Notes under the pieces: model-generated
What the model was told of the DNA's origin: nothing
The model's input: only the letters and a program-made list of their open reading frames with translations
Databases searched by the model: none
Assembly (NCBI GenBank): GCA_951406725.2
Contig: OX597817.1
Coordinates: forward strand, 57,164,001-57,228,000
DNA from: Octopus vulgaris
Taxonomy: Eukaryota
DNA: 64,000 bases
Direction of reading: 5' to 3'
Position numbers and translations under genes: made by a program
Shown here: positions 11,346 through 25,410 of the stretch, in pieces
Layout of the letters: each line of letters begins with the position of its first letter
Numbering within the stretch: position 1 is the first letter of the stretch

Positions 11346-12077
11346 ATGTGCATGCGTATATGTATGAGAGAGCAAAAAATATATTGGTGAGAAAATAACC
11401 AATTAAACTAGTGTTGTCAAAAGTACCTTGTCGTTGTTTGTTCTGCCCAAATTACACAAACAACCCCTTATCATTGTTGCTATCTACAGAGAACCTGTAA
11501 TTGGTGCACTGGAAACCAGTAAACAATGACAATGCTATTGCTTGCAAAATACAGGATATGACATGGGCCAACACTGTTTTGATAGCAGACACCTGTACAC
11601 CTGTGAGAGGTCTGGCCAGAAGACACACACACACACACATTATTCAGTGTTAAAGTTTTACACACCACCCCTAGCAGACATATTAGAAGATTTAGCGAGT
11701 GAAATAGGTACCTGGGTTTGACATAAAAGGAAATAGCATGATTAACTGAAATCGCCGACTTGAATAATTAACCCATTTTTATGGTCAAACTTGGTGACAG
11801 TGGTGGTGGTGCTGGTTGTAGCGGTGGCGGTGGTGGTGGCGGTAGAGGGGTCTTACACTTCCCATATCCTTCTTATTACAATTACATATTTGACAAGAAG
11901 TCTCCACACTATTCTGTTGTTGTCATAGCGCTGACTACCACCAACTTTAGTCTCTCCCTCCCTGACCTTTTCCTCAGAATTTACAGAGCACAACTTCTTG
12001 ACACTCCAAACCCGCCAACTATAAAGTCACACACACCCCCAAAACATTCACATGCAACACAGCCTTCCCTCGTACCT

Positions 12078-12380
12078 TATTTCTTTACTACCCACAAGGG
12101 GCTAAACACAGACAGGACAAACAAGGACAGATAAATGGATTGTCGATTATATCGACCCCAGTGCGTAACTGGTACTTATTTAATAGACACCGAAAGGATG
12201 AAAGGTAAAGTCGACCTTGGCGGAATTTGAACTCAGAACGTAGCGGCAGACAAAATACAACTAGGCATTTCACCCAGTGTGCTAACATTTCTGCCAGCTC
12301 GCCGTCTTTCATAGCGATAGACGAAATACTGTTGAGCATCTCACCCGGCGTGCTAACGTTTCTGCCAGCTCACCGCCTTC
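12078..12380 (-). mobile_element. Family C SINE with a duplicated head
   Basis: Nin/Meta-like domain; the tttctgccagctc head segment occurs twice. Confidence 0.8.
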
Positions 12381-12756
12381 CTTCATACCTTGCCCCACTC
12401 TGCAATAAACACACACACACAGAGTGAAACTTTGCTCACATTTTAGAGTCAAGAGTGCCAGATAATCTCTATCTGCAAACACAGATTTATCGTTGAACAT
12501 TCCAAATCTGATAAAAACTGTGCCAATGTATATTTGCTTTAATTTCTAAGGCGGGACAGAAACAATGCTAACTTCACAAAGATTCGCAAGTTGTCACTAA
12601 AGCTATAAATTTACCTCGAAGCTTTGTGGATTTAATTATTTACCAAAGGGGTGGGGGGACTCGCAATTTTATTCTTTCGCTTGTTTCAGTCATTAGACTG
12701 CGGCCAGGCTGGGGCACCATCTTGAAGAATTTTTTTAGTCAAACAGACTCACCACT

Positions 12757-12962
12757 GTACTCTTTTACTTGTTTCAGTCATTTGACTGTGGCCATGCTGG
12801 AGCACAGCCTTTAGTCGAGCAAAACGACCCCAGGACTTATTCTTCGTAAGCCAAGTACTTGTTCTATCGGTCTCTTTTGCCAAACTACTAAGTTACGGGG
12901 ATGTAAACACACCAGCATCGGTTGTCAAGCCATGGGGGGGAGGGAAACAGACACAAACATAT

Positions 12963-12995
<33 letters not shown>

Positions 12996-13155
12996 CGACG
13001 GGCTTCTTTCAGTTTCCCTGTACCAAATACACTCACAAGGCTTTGGTCGGCCCGAGGCTACATTAGAAGACATTTGCCCAAGGTGCCACGCAGTGGGAAT
13101 GAACCCAGAACCATGTGGTTCGTAAGCAAGCTACTTACCACACAGCCATTCCTGT
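12757..13155 (-). mobile_element. tRNA-derived SINE, family B (CORE-like, internal (CA)n/(TA)n)
   Basis: Head ggctgtgtggtaag..gggttcattccc, ggcaccttgggcaa motif, tail gactgaaacaagtaaaagagta; at least 12 copies in the window. Confidence 0.85.
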
Positions 13156-13782
13156 GATTATTTTTTTTGTTGTTTTAAGTCATTTTTTAAGTACTCATTC
13201 TGTCAGGCTCTTTTGTCAAACTGCTAAGTTAGAGGGATGTAAACACACCAACACCGGTTATCAAGTGGTGGTGGGGGGGTACACACACACACACACACAC
13301 ACAATGGGTCTATTTCAGCTTCTGTCCATCAAATCCACTCATCAAAGCTTTGATAATGTTATAAATAATAGGCTTCCAAACAATTTCCATCCACCTAATT
13401 CACTCACAAGGCATTTTTGAGTCCTCTGCTATAACACAAGACCCTTACTCAAGGTGCCACACTGTGTGAGAGAACCCCAAATCATATGCATGCAAAGTGG
13501 ATTTCTTGATCATGTACACATGCCTATTTAGCTTAATACATTGCCATATGGCCCTTGGGTACCGTAAGCTTCTAGTGCATGCATTCAAAACAGGCCCTTG
13601 GTGTCTTCCCTGCCTACATTTCCCAGTAGATATTGACTGACAGATTTTCAATTAGGGGCCGTTATTTCCTTCTGCACTTACATTTTGCCTCTGTAGAGGT
13701 TTGCTCATCAACAGGTGTTTAGTCATAGCATTAACTACATTATTCTTACCACTGTCTTGCTTCTTGCGGAATAATTTATAAA

Positions 13783-14090
13783 CATTTACATTATTTACAT
13801 TTGACGGATATTTGTCCTCATCTTGTTTGTTGTTAACACAATGTTTTGGCTGATATACCGCCCAGCCTTCATCAGGTGTCCTGGGGAAATTTCAAACCTG
13901 GGTTCTCATTCCTAAGGTATTTTTCGATGTTATAATAATAATAACATTGAAAAATAGCTAAGGAATGAGAACACCTGATGAAGGCTGGAGGGTATATCAG
14001 CCAAAATGTTAACAAACAAGATGAGGACAAGTATCCGTCTAATGTAAATAATATACATAATTCCTCATCTCTTAAATACAGAACTGTATT
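13783..14090. mobile_element. Inverted pair of hammerhead-bearing elements (Penelope pLTR-like)
   Basis: Minus copy 13783-13940 and plus copy 13930-14090, each with acacCTGATGAaggctg..cagcc; GAAA is decayed in both. Confidence 0.75.
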
Positions 14091-14239
14091 AATTTATAAA
14101 TATTTGTTTATAACGACCCAAAATGTCATCATCATCATCATCGTTTAACGTCCGTTTACCATGCTAGCATGGGTTGGACGGTATAAAATAAAATGCCACA
14201 GTATCAGCCAGACCCTCAGATGCTGGTCCTAATGCACAT

Positions 14240-14470
14240 CCAATTCTGTCTTGATTGTGCCATTCTTTGCCATCTTGATCCAAATTGCTAAACTCAATCA
14301 TCTTCCCATCATTGTGGTGGCCTTTTACATTTTCTTGGATACCACTCAGCAAGTACATGGGCCCACCTGCTGTCTGGGAACCTTGTGACATGTCCAGCCC
14401 AACGGAACTTGTACTTTTGGCAGTCTGCAACCCCATCATTCACTCCAATCCATTCTTGAATTATTCCAAT
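14240..14470 (-). mobile_element. RTE LINE 3' fragment
   Basis: Translates KFRWAGHVTRFPDSRWAHVLAEWYPRKCKRP, a typical RTE C-terminus. Confidence 0.85.
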
Positions 14471-14854
14471 ATATAAATATTTAATTAAAGCAGATTTTAA
14501 CCGAGCAAAATCAACAGCAGATTGTTGCAGAGAACTACGACCTTTTACTTGTAACAAGTAAAACAGGGCAAACCACAACAGTGTGTGTTACCCTGCTATC
14601 TATGTAGCATTCCATCAGAGAAAACATATAAAAGGTGCTTGAAGCTGACAGTGGGAACCGTCTTGAAGCAAGACTAAGACAAGGGTTGCGTTGAAGCTCC
14701 ATTATACAGCTCTTGCCTTTAAATCCAGTGAAGGAGACATTACTGGCAAGAAACTACCTGTAGAAGTATAGGAATTCCATTAAAAGTTCCGTAATGAGTT
14801 AACCATAAGCTTATAGGCTATAAAAAGAACCTACACCTTATACACACAGCATAT

Positions 14855-15220
14855 ACTCTTTTACTTGTTTCAGTCATTTGACTGCGGCCATGCTGGAGCA
14901 CAGCCTTTAGTCAAGCAAATTGACCACAAGACTTATTCTTTGGAAGATAAGTTACAGGGACGTAAACACACCAGCATCGGTTGTCAAGCGATGTTGGGGG
15001 ACAAACACAGACACACATACATACATACATACATATATATATATACACACACATAATATATGACAGGCTTCTTTCAGTTTACATCTACCAAATCCACTCA
15101 CAAGGCTCTGGTCGGCCCGAGGCTATAGTAGAAGACATTTGCCCAAAGTGCCATGCAGTGAGACTGAACCTGGAACCATGTGGTTGGTAAACAAGCTACT
15201 TACCACACAGCCACTCCTGC
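14855..15220 (-). mobile_element. Family B SINE
   Basis: Colinear with 12757-13155. Confidence 0.85.
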
Positions 15221-18200
15221 ACTTATACACATTTATCATCTAACACTAACAGATATGTGCACCTCTGTAGTGTGTGTGTGTGTCTGTGTGTGTGTCTGTG
15301 TGTCTGTGTGTGGGTGTCTGTGTAGGTCACAAAGCAAGCTTCATAGTCCCACAATCTTGTAATTTGGGTAAATCATGTCAGAATTGTTTTGTTGCCATCC
15401 TGTAAATGACACAGCTCCAGAGGGTGCATATATGTTTAAATATCAACCAGTAACAAACTACAACAACAACAATATCAACAGCAGACAGTGAATATCAAGG
15501 CAAGGACATGAGACTAACCAGGAGAAAGAAAAGTTTTGAAACAACTCAGAAGACAGAAGCAGAAAAATTGTTTCAAATATTTTAACAAGGAATGAAACAG
15601 TTCTTCTCTGATTCAACGTTGGAACCTTGATTCATTGCAAGTCCCCCGTCCAAGAAATGAAAGACTGGTCACACAGCTACGTGATTAAGTCTGCAACCCT
15701 GGACTGACCAAACCTTTCTGAATAGATGAGTGAATGGAAACTGAAAGAAGCCCATCGTGTGTGTGTGTGTGTGTGTGTGCATGCTCATATGAGGAGGTGG
15801 GGTACTTGATTAAATCTGCACTCCAGCAAAAATGGTAAAATGGCCAAGCTATGACCAGTGATGTTGCTTTCATTTACTCTGTCAACAGGTTTGGAATAAG
15901 ATATTCCTTATTTGAAAAACCTTAATAATATATCCATTTAACTCATGCTAGCATGGAAAAAATGGACATAAAAAAGAACAACTGACCAAGACAATCACCA
16001 CCAACATCATTATTGCTGTTTAACGTCCATATTCCATGATGGTATGGGTGGGATGGTTCAATAGGATCCAATTAAGCCATGGTTGTATTGGTTTCCAATG
16101 CTTGCTTTAGCAACCAGATGTCCTTCTCTCGTTAAACAAAGCACATGACAAAATGTACTGAGTTCTCTTCTCACGGCACCCGCACTAGTGAGGTCACCAA
16201 GGAATCAAGTTCAACAGATTAATCCAATGCCGTAGATTTTAAGCTAGGATGATGATGATAGATTAGTGGTTAAGTCTAAATTATGCAACATAAATTGCAT
16301 GTCACAGCTGCAGGTTCAATTCAAGCCAAGGTTGACTGAATATTTCCTCTCTATCAGGAAGTGAAATACATATCAGTCACTGAATGAGAGACAACTTAGG
16401 TCGTCTAGTATTTTGTATTTGTGGGTCAGCATCACATATTCGGCTGACCACACCCATATTAAATATCTTCTATTTAACCAGAGCTGATTGAGGAGACAAC
16501 CAGCAACAACGACAATAATTGCACTAAATTGTAGTAATTTAGATTAGACACAGATTAGGGAGAATTTTCTCTTAATTAGCTTTGGAGAGCAGAAGGAAGT
16601 TTGCCATGACCTTCATAGATTTTCCCAGACTAGTGAAGTCAATGCGGTTCATGAGTTAATTTACATGTCTGTCGTATCATGAATTTAGATAAACATGGCC
16701 TGAGAAGATGTTCCCGAGAGCTGCAGATCAGGATTGAGAAGAATGCTTAATAATGAGGTTTGACAGGACAGAATGAGATGATTGGGTATGGATGTTTGGA
16801 CGTTGATGATCTGGTATGGCTGACTGGACATTCAGCCTGTTTAGGCAATAGTAGGTTTTTTTAGGCACTGGGGGTATACACATACACATGCATGTGTGCA
16901 GAGAGAGAGAGAGAGAAAAAGGGAGACATTACACATACATATAAACCTAACTAGATGTTCACACAGATAAACAGAATGACAGACAGAGACATTAAAAGAA
17001 AAACATTAAAGCGGCAATGCCAAATAGGTGGCGCCAAAACGTCTCATACCTTTGACAGAGTGAGAATTGTATAGAACGTGAATATAAGAGAGACAACTAA
17101 ATCGAATGAGTTTGAGCAGGGAGAAGTAGACAGGTTACTGGTTTCAAAGAAGAGAGGCCATTGTCATCGTTGGTTCAAGTGACTTGCACAATCTAATACA
17201 ATTCTTCCATGCCAGGTGTCCCAAGTGAACAACGTGGCATGAATATCTGGCCTCGGTTTTAGCCACATTGGTCTTTTGCTGAGTGAAAGACCACATCTGT
17301 GCACACAATGACTACAAATGATGGTAGTAGTCCACTTAACGCAACTAGTTCATCTTGGATGTTGGTAATTTGCTGTCTGTTCATCCAGTCAGCATCAAGT
17401 GGTATTTGCCCATTGGGTCAATAAAATTCATTTGTCAGAATAGTTCACGCCTCCCATACTGCATCCCATAATTTCAGTGTACCCTGGCTGGGGTGGTTAC
17501 ATGTTTAACCTATAGCTGCAACTCCCAATCCAGAGCCTATCAGACGCAGCTTCCAAGACAGGGGTCACAGTAGGCATGGATTAAAAATAGGGAAAACAGT
17601 CAATCTGTAAAAGAAGGGCTGAGTGTTTGCTGATCAGTTGAATGACCTTGGTCAGGATGTGGTCAAGGACACCTAGGAGTATAGAACTAGTACCATCCCA
17701 AACATGAGAGCAATTTTTCAATGCAGAATTTACATGAGCTTTCTAAAGTGGAAACATTTAATCAGAGAATAAGGATTTTCAAGGTCTGAAGAGGAGTCTT
17801 AGACAAGTTCTCTATACAAGGTCACTTTGGAGGTCATCACAGATACTAAGATGTTATTGTATTTGAAGACTTTCATGACATGTCTGTATATAGAAGAGGT
17901 GTGGTGCAAGGTGATCTTTGGTGTGTGTAAGGGTTTGTAAAAGATTGAGTCACAGGAAACTAAGCAAGGGGGTTCTCACAACAAACAGCAAATTGATTCA
18001 TTGATGTTCAAGTAACAACATTGGTTGCAATGAAGTTCCTTAACGTTTTATCATCAAAACCGACATATCTGACCAAAACAGTCTACCTGTTTTATGTCCA
18101 AACTGGTCAGATCCAGCATCTCACACCAACCCTACAATATTATTTTTAAAATTAACGGTTACCACATCAAAATCTCAAAGCTATGAGATAATCCCATGAT

Positions 18201-18899
18201 TAATTCAAACCAATGGGAATAAATAAACATAATATTTGACAGAATATTGTGAATACTTAAGGGTTAAGACAAGAACAACATGGGGTGTGATGTTGTGGAA
18301 GCTGATCTTAGCCCCTAATCATTTTCATCAGCTCCAAAATGTTCACAGAAGACAATAACTATGAAACTGGTTGGAGCCACTTAATCAATATAATTAATTT
18401 ATTAATTAAAATAATGAGTGAAAGAGTGTTTAACGGGTTTCGAGATATTTGAAATAGAAATTTAAGATACAAACTTTCATGGCTGTGTGGTGAAGAAGCC
18501 TTAAGCACAGGCATGGCTGTCTGGTTAAGACGTTTGTTTTGCAACCATGTAACATCTTGAGCAAGTGTCTCTACTACAGCCCCAGGGTCAATTAATGCAT
18601 TGTGAGTGCATTTAGTAGACAAAAATTGTATGGAAGCCATTAACACATGCACAGTGTCTCCGTAAAATCATATTCTTTTCTACTCCAGGCACAAGGCCCA
18701 AAATTTTAGTGGGAGGGGGCCAGTCAATTAGATCAACCCCAGTACTCAACCCTGAAAGGATGAAAGGCAAAGTCGACCTCAGCGGAATTTGAACTCAGAG
18801 CGTAAAGTCATATTCACTCATCCGACTGACATATTGATCAGATGTGTGTAGAACAACAAACAGAAACCACATCAAACTGCACTAAACTATATGTTAACT

Positions 18900-19196
18900 T
18901 AATTACATTATTTACATTTGACGAATATTCGTCCTCATCTTGTTTGCTGCTAACACGTTTCGGCTGATATAACCTCCAGCCTTCATTAGGTGTCATAGAG
19001 AAATTTCAAACATGGGTTCTCATTCCCAAGGTATTTTTCACTGTTATTATTATTATTATTATTGTTGTTGTTATTATTATTATTATTCAGGTCACTGCCT
19101 GGAATCGAACTCAGAATCTTGGGGTTAGTAGCCCGCACTCTTAACCACTACGCCATATGCCCGTGTAAATAATGTACATAATTCCTCATCTCTTAA
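18900..19196 (-). mobile_element. tRNA-head/(AAT)n/hammerhead element
   Basis: A box TGGCGTAGTGG and B box GAGTTCGATTCC at 19090-19162; hammerhead-like segment 18952-18994; short inverted terminal piece 19165-19196. Confidence 0.8.
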
Positions 19197-20759
19197 CTCT
19201 TTTGTTACCAAACCGGCTGAAACCGGCATATCTACAACTACATTGTTATGTGTAAGGGAGCAAGCTAACTGAATCCTTAGGGCATCAGGCAAAATGCTTA
19301 GCAGTAATTCTGCCAACTCTATATTCTGAGTTCAAATTCTGCCAAAGCTAACTTTCGTTGTTTCAAAGTCAATAAATTTAAGGGGAGGGGTAAATTGAGT
19401 ACATTGACCCCAGTGCTCAACTTTTATTGACTCTTAAATTTGCTGGCCTTGTGCCAAATCTTAAAACCAGTATGTAATGTGCCCTTTCTTTTTCAAGACA
19501 ATTTAAGGGCAATTTGAGGTAGATTTAGCTGTTAATTCTTACAGAGCAAGTAACCAAATAAAGGTTCTATTTTAGCCACAATTTATCTTGACAGAGAAGA
19601 ACTATGGTTAAAAGTATCTGAGACATGATCACTCCTATCTTATTTTGGTTGACATAGTTCATCTTGGATTATATTATCTAGTGTGCCCTTCCTCTTTTTA
19701 AGGCTCCTTCCCTTGTCTTATCATAAGTCAGTATTCAGTGAATGTAAAGAGATAAACAGTGATTCAAATATGGAAAACGGTAATAAAATGCTGAGTTTTA
19801 ACCAAGGTACTGAATGGTAGCCGAATAGAAATGGAGAAACAGACTGAAAGGTATCTGGGACAAGGAAGTAGATAAAAGGATGTTTAGACGATGGGGACTG
19901 AAAGTTAAACATATCTTTGACATGTAGACTTGTTAAACATAAGTAAATATGAAAAATGTTTACCAACACACACACACACACACACAGACTGTTTCTCATG
20001 AAATTATATGTAAATACCCAACCAGAACCCATACTAAACACTAGCCTAATATGTGCAAATCCTTAAACAATCTTTCTCCAAGGGGACCAATCCCCACCCT
20101 CAACCTGCACTGACACCCTAATTCCTTAATCATTAACCACCAATTCAAATCTGATTGGAATCTCAGTCATCATCGTCATCACCATCGTTTAACGTCCGCT
20201 TTCCATGCTAGCATGGGTCGGACAATTTTGACTGAGGGCTGGCGAACCAGATGGCCGCAGCAGGCTCCAATCTTGATCTGGCAGAGTTTCTACAGCTGGA
20301 TGCCCTTCCTAACACCAACCACGCAGGGAGTGTCATCAACATCTCCAAACTAAGGAGGAGATCGAAACCAGAAAGACAACATCACTGATGACAGGAGTCA
20401 ATGAAGGAAAGGAGTCTATTTGGTAGCCCAAGATGCAAGAAAGAAAAAAAGCAGTCAGATCCTACCATCTTGTAAAAGAACACACTGGACGATACAGTAT
20501 AGTGAACCCTGTTCTGGAATAAAAGGTAGGATGTACACAAGGCAATAGCCTTTGATTATGTGATCGACTACTCAATCAGCACTGACCTCAGGCTACACAA
20601 CAATCAATATATGAAATGTACACTTCACTTTAAAGGCAGAGGAAACTAAGTGATGCATAAACACTCAGCTCTGTGTGCTACTTCGAACGGCAGAAACAGT
20701 TGTAAGCTAATGAAGTTGATTCTGTAATTCTTGTTTCTTGTCATTTTATTAATTTCATA

Positions 20760-20791
<32 letters not shown>

Positions 20792-21077
20792 GGTCAAGTC
20801 AGTCTCTTGCTGCACTAGATTTCGCCTGTGGGTGCACAGGGACTTGATGTTACCCAGTGCTTCCACAGGTGGGACTCAGAGTAGCAAAAGACTATAATAA
20901 TTTCTACTATGATACCAAGTACTCTTTCTTCTAACAGTCAACACTAAACAGTGTGTGTGTGTGTGTGTATGTGCAGGCGAATGTACACACGTACACTCGT
21001 GCCATGCAGACAAAAGCATTAGTTGCCATGACAATGTCTGAAAGCAAAATTTCACGAAGCTCTGGTGCCATACTTAC

Positions 21078-21183
21078 TATTTAAGGATCCTGTATATTCA
21101 GGGAATATGTTATTGCAAGCAAGAATGTAAATTTCTCCCGATGATAATTTGAGTACTAATTGAGGTTTCAGAAGGCACAGGCC
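21078..21183 (-). CDS. CAMSAP: CAMSAP-like exon (GLCLLKPQLVLKLSSGEIYILACNNIFPEYTGSLN)
   Basis: ttttcttgcag acceptor and gtaagt donor; 106 nt, phase 0-1; resembles CAMSAP IKPPVIKLLLSSELYCRVC. Confidence 0.9.
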
Positions 21184-22051
21184 CTGCAAGAAAACATTAA
21201 AAAAAGACATTAGAACAAACAATTTTATCAACTTACAAAACATGTTACAATGAAAATAGAGTTCAAAGTCAAGTTTTTCATCATCATCATCGTTTAATGT
21301 TCGCTTTCCATGCTAGCATGGGTTGGACGATTTTGACTGAGGGCTGGCGAACCAGATGGCTGCACCAAGCCTCAATCTTGATCTGGCAGAGTTTCTACAG
21401 CTGGATGTCCTTCCTAACGCCAGGATGCCCTTCCTACAAAAATATCAGTATCTTTATTTTTTTTTCTTTTGGGAAGCAGTTAAACTTCTCAGAAACTGTC
21501 ATCCCAACATTACTAAGGCCAGTGGGGGAGTTTTGTTGGAAATCCCTGTTCCCTGGGAGGACCAGATTAAGGAGGAAATATAGACTGAGCTGGTGGAGAA
21601 TTTTACCACAGCAATGGATGGTTAGCAATGTGCGATCCTGTCGAGGTTGAATGCAGAGTTTTTGCAGGCCAGCTTACACCATGCTTAGCATCAGAGGGGC
21701 CCAGCCCGTAGGCAGGAGACTATCGGGTTGGCTGTGGAGGAGCAGAGGTTGCCTCAGAGTAGCTGTAGATTAGGAGGTGTGATCATGTAGGTGTAGATCA
21801 GGAGGGGTATTGATACCAAGGGTAGTGCTAACTAGACAAGTAGGAGTCTGATTGATCAACTTTGGCCAGGTCACCTAGATGAGGATGTCTGATATTGATG
21901 GACCTCAAACACCTAATGACACCAGGAAACATCACTGACAATGCATCCCAAAGCACTACACTATGACATATAAAAATAAAAAGTTTATTACAATTTATTA
22001 AATTTAAAGAACGTATGGAAGAGCAAATTTACATTAATGATAAAATATATA

Positions 22052-22836
22052 CAGTGATACCTCGCAGTACAAGTTTAATTCATTCCATGACCGAACTTGT
22101 CTTACGATTTACTCATTCTACAAATCAATTTTCCCCAAAAGCACCATCCGAGTGTGATCGTTGCCAGGGCCACTGACTGGCTCCCATGCCGGTGGCACGT
22201 ATAAAGCACCATTCAAGCATGATCTTTGCCAGCATCGCCTTACTGGCAATTTTCCCCAAAAGCACCTTTCAAGCATGGTTGTTGCCAGTGCCACCAGACT
22301 GGCTCCTGTGGAGGTGGCACGTAAAAAATACCTTTTGAGTGTGGTCATTGCCAGTACCACCTAAATGGCCCTCGTGCTGGTGGCATGTAAAAGCACCCAC
22401 TGCACTCTTGGAGTGGTTGGCATTAGGAAGGGCACCCAGCTGTAGAAACTTTGCCAGATCAGATTAGAGCCTGGTGCAGCCTTCTGGCTTACCAGTCCTC
22501 AGTCAAACCATCCAACCCATGCTAGCAAGGAAAGCAGACATTAAACGATGATGATAATTAATCCATTCCAGCCTCTCAAAAACTACTCAAAAATAATTTT
22601 TTACAGGTTTTAAAACAGAAAAGGTGTAGTTACAAGTAAAATGACAATTATAAAAATGAGAATACAAAAGAAATATGTAAACTGGTTTTATTAACTGAAT
22701 TGATTTAAAGATGGGACGATTTGTGTGCTTGTACTGTGGATTTTCGCTCATACTTCAACACAAAAATTCGCATGAGTCTCAGCTTGTGCAGTAAATTACT
22801 CGTACAATGGGGGACTCATACTGTGAGGTTCTACTA
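22052..22836. mobile_element. Tigger/pogo-type MITE with a nested family A insertion (about 22137-22557, +)
   Basis: TA-CAGTGATACCTCGCAGTAC ... CATACTGTGAGGTTCTACTA-TA termini. Confidence 0.7.
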
Positions 22837-23099
22837 TATTTAGTTAAAAGTAGTTAACAAAAATAAAGAAAAAAGATAACATTCCACAATTTGATTCCAA
22901 TACAAATCTTATGAAATGACAAACGCAGGTGCTGGAATGGCCGTGTGGTTAAGAAATTCACTTAACAACCACGTGGTCTCAGGGTCAATGCCAAAGAGCC
23001 GGAAGAAGTGCTTTCTACTCTCACTCCAAAACAACCAATACAAACTGAAACTGTATCAAACCAGTTATATGAGTGGGTGGGCATGTGTATGCATGAATA

Positions 23100-23550
23100 T
23101 TGGTTTCAAATTTTGACACAAGGTCAGCAATTTATGGGGGAGGGGGTAAGTCAGTTACATCGACCCCAGTGCTCAGCTGGTAAAAGACAAAAGGCAAAGT
23201 CAACTTCAACAGAATCTGAACTCAGAATGTAAAGGCAAATGAAATGCTACGAAGAATTCTGCCCGGTGTGCCAATGATTCTGTCAGCTCCCCACCTTAAT
23301 GTGTATGAATATTTATTTCTTTATTGCCCACAGGATGGGGGCTAAACATAGAAGGGACAAATAGGAACCGACAAAGGGATTAAGTCAAGTACATCAACCC
23401 CAGAGCATAACTGGTACTTATTTACTCGACCCCGAAAGGATGAAAGGCAAAGTCAACCTCAGTGGAATTTGAACTCAGAACCTAAAGGCAGACGAAATAC
23501 CGCTAAGCATTTCGCCCAGCAGGCTAATGATTCTGCCAGCTCACCACCCT
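23100..23550 (-). mobile_element. Two tandem family C SINEs
   Basis: Two aggcaaagtcaac..gaactcagaa..ctgccagctc units. Confidence 0.75.
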
Positions 23551-23836
23551 AAATGCATGAATATTGATACTGTGCCTATCCCCATGAAAGCATAGCTGTG
23601 TCATGTTAGCATCCTTTGTTGACATTATGACCAGTGGCTCTGCACTTTCAAAGTCCTGTAGAATATAAAAAAAAAGACCCCTTTCCTGCAAAAAAAGTGA
23701 GGGCTGGTGACAAGAAGAGAACCCAGTATTAAAACCCTTGTCTCAAATCCTTCCTCCAACACTTGATAGCATGGCAAGGAAAAATGACAAATTAACAAAC
23801 ACCACAAAATAAACACGACAGAAGCTTTTAACTTAC

Positions 23837-23932
23837 TTGGGCATTTTCATAAAATAGATCTAAGAAGTCATGTGGAATACAGTCAGCATAAGCCTTTGCT
23901 AGTATCCAGGAAAGGGACAGACGTAGCTTCGC
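23837..23932 (-). CDS. CAMSAP: CAMSAP/Patronin-like, first identified coding exon (AKLRLSLSWILAKAYADCIPHDFLDLFYENAQ)
   Basis: tattttag acceptor and gtaagt donor; 96 nt, phase 0-0; resembles the CAMSAP1 N-terminal AKIAANLQWICAKAY..IPEDLRDPFY. Confidence 0.9.
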
Positions 23933-24912
23933 CTAAAATAAGAAAATATATACATATTAGAATTAGTACAGAAGTTCAAAATACAAAATATAATTCCTAT
24001 ATAATAAACATTAAAGCATAATCACTTCTATGTATGTATTTACATGTGTATATATGTTTTATATGCAAGTTACTCGGCAACTTTACTAGTGCTAGCAGCA
24101 GGGAAAAAAGCACCAGTACACCCTGTAAAGGGGTTGCTGTTAGGAAGTGCATCCAGCTGTAGAAACCAACCCAAAGCTGACAGTGGAACCCAACATGGAC
24201 TATGGCTCACCAGAGTCCATCAAGCAGTCTAAACCATGCCAATGAGGAAAGTGGACATTAAATGATGACACCCCCACCCACCAATACAAATGTGTTTATA
24301 TGTTCCCAAACAATTCTAAACTATATTATATGAATGCTGTTTGACACTGTCAGAAGTAGTGATCTTGTCGTAAAGTGTTGAAATGATGAGGATAAACAAT
24401 TGGCAGCTGATGGGTGAAACCCTCTAGTTATGTAAAGAGTTTTTTTATCTCTAAAACAGCACCAGGTCAAATTCAATTTTTTATTTTCCAATGTTATTGC
24501 ATGAATTTGAGATTGAATTGACTTCATGCTAAGAGGATATTGTTTGTCTAGGTTATAGTTTAAGTTCACAGCATCATTGCATGGTATACAAGAAGTGTGT
24601 GTGAATACAGTGCACATCTCACCAACAAACAAAAACTTTCTATGAAACTCAATCATGCATCATCTCAAATGTCCCATATTTCTTTGTGACGACTACAAGA
24701 ACCTACTGCCAACACTTTCACCCAACTGTCCCATTATCACAGCAGTCTCATCAGCACAAACACACACACACACCTTGTATCTAATTTCAACTTGTAATGC
24801 AACTTTTTCAAGTAATTCCTGTAACATTCAGCAGACAAAACCTTACACCCCACCTCACACACGGTTCTTTTTGAGTATTTTTTGGTCTGATTCCTCAAAG
24901 TGTTCAGATTTT

Positions 24913-25410
24913 GTGGCATCTTTCAGCTTCCCATGTGTTACTTTTTAAAATATATGTATTCTGGTTTTAGAACAGGTACAACCAAAAGAGGGCACCATTA
25001 ATCAAAAAGTTAACTTCAATAAATATTAATTCGTTAATTCTTTAAAAATGTAACAGAAGTTATCGATAAACCATTAACGATTATTTTTATTATAGGAAAA
25101 AAATGGAAAAAAATCAGTTTTTTTTCTCTCTAAAGCCCACCTAAAAACACCTTTGAAAAGTGGCATCTTTCAGCTTCCCATGTGTTACTTTTTAAAATAT
25201 ATGTATTCTGGTTTTAGAACAGGTACAACCAAAAGAGGGCACCATTAATCAAAAAGTTAACTTCAATAAATATTAATTCGTTAATTCTTTAAAAATGTAA
25301 CAGAAGTTATCGATAAACCATTAACGATTATTTTTATTATAGGAAAAAAATGGAAAAAAAATCAGTTTTTTTTCTCTCTAAAGCCCACCTAAAAACACCT
25401 TTGAAAAGTG
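24913..25410. repeat. Near-perfect 247-bp direct tandem duplication
   Basis: Copies start at 24913 and 25160 and differ only in homopolymer lengths. Confidence 0.95.

Noticed and set aside
16500-18000. Possible old LINE (RRGVVQGDL-like fragment near 17890)
   Set aside because: Too degraded to assign strand, family or boundaries by eye.
19090-19162. tRNA gene (also 47830-47907 and other SINE heads)
   Set aside because: A and B boxes are present, but the acceptor and anticodon stems are imperfect and each is fused to a repeat body. These are SINE heads.
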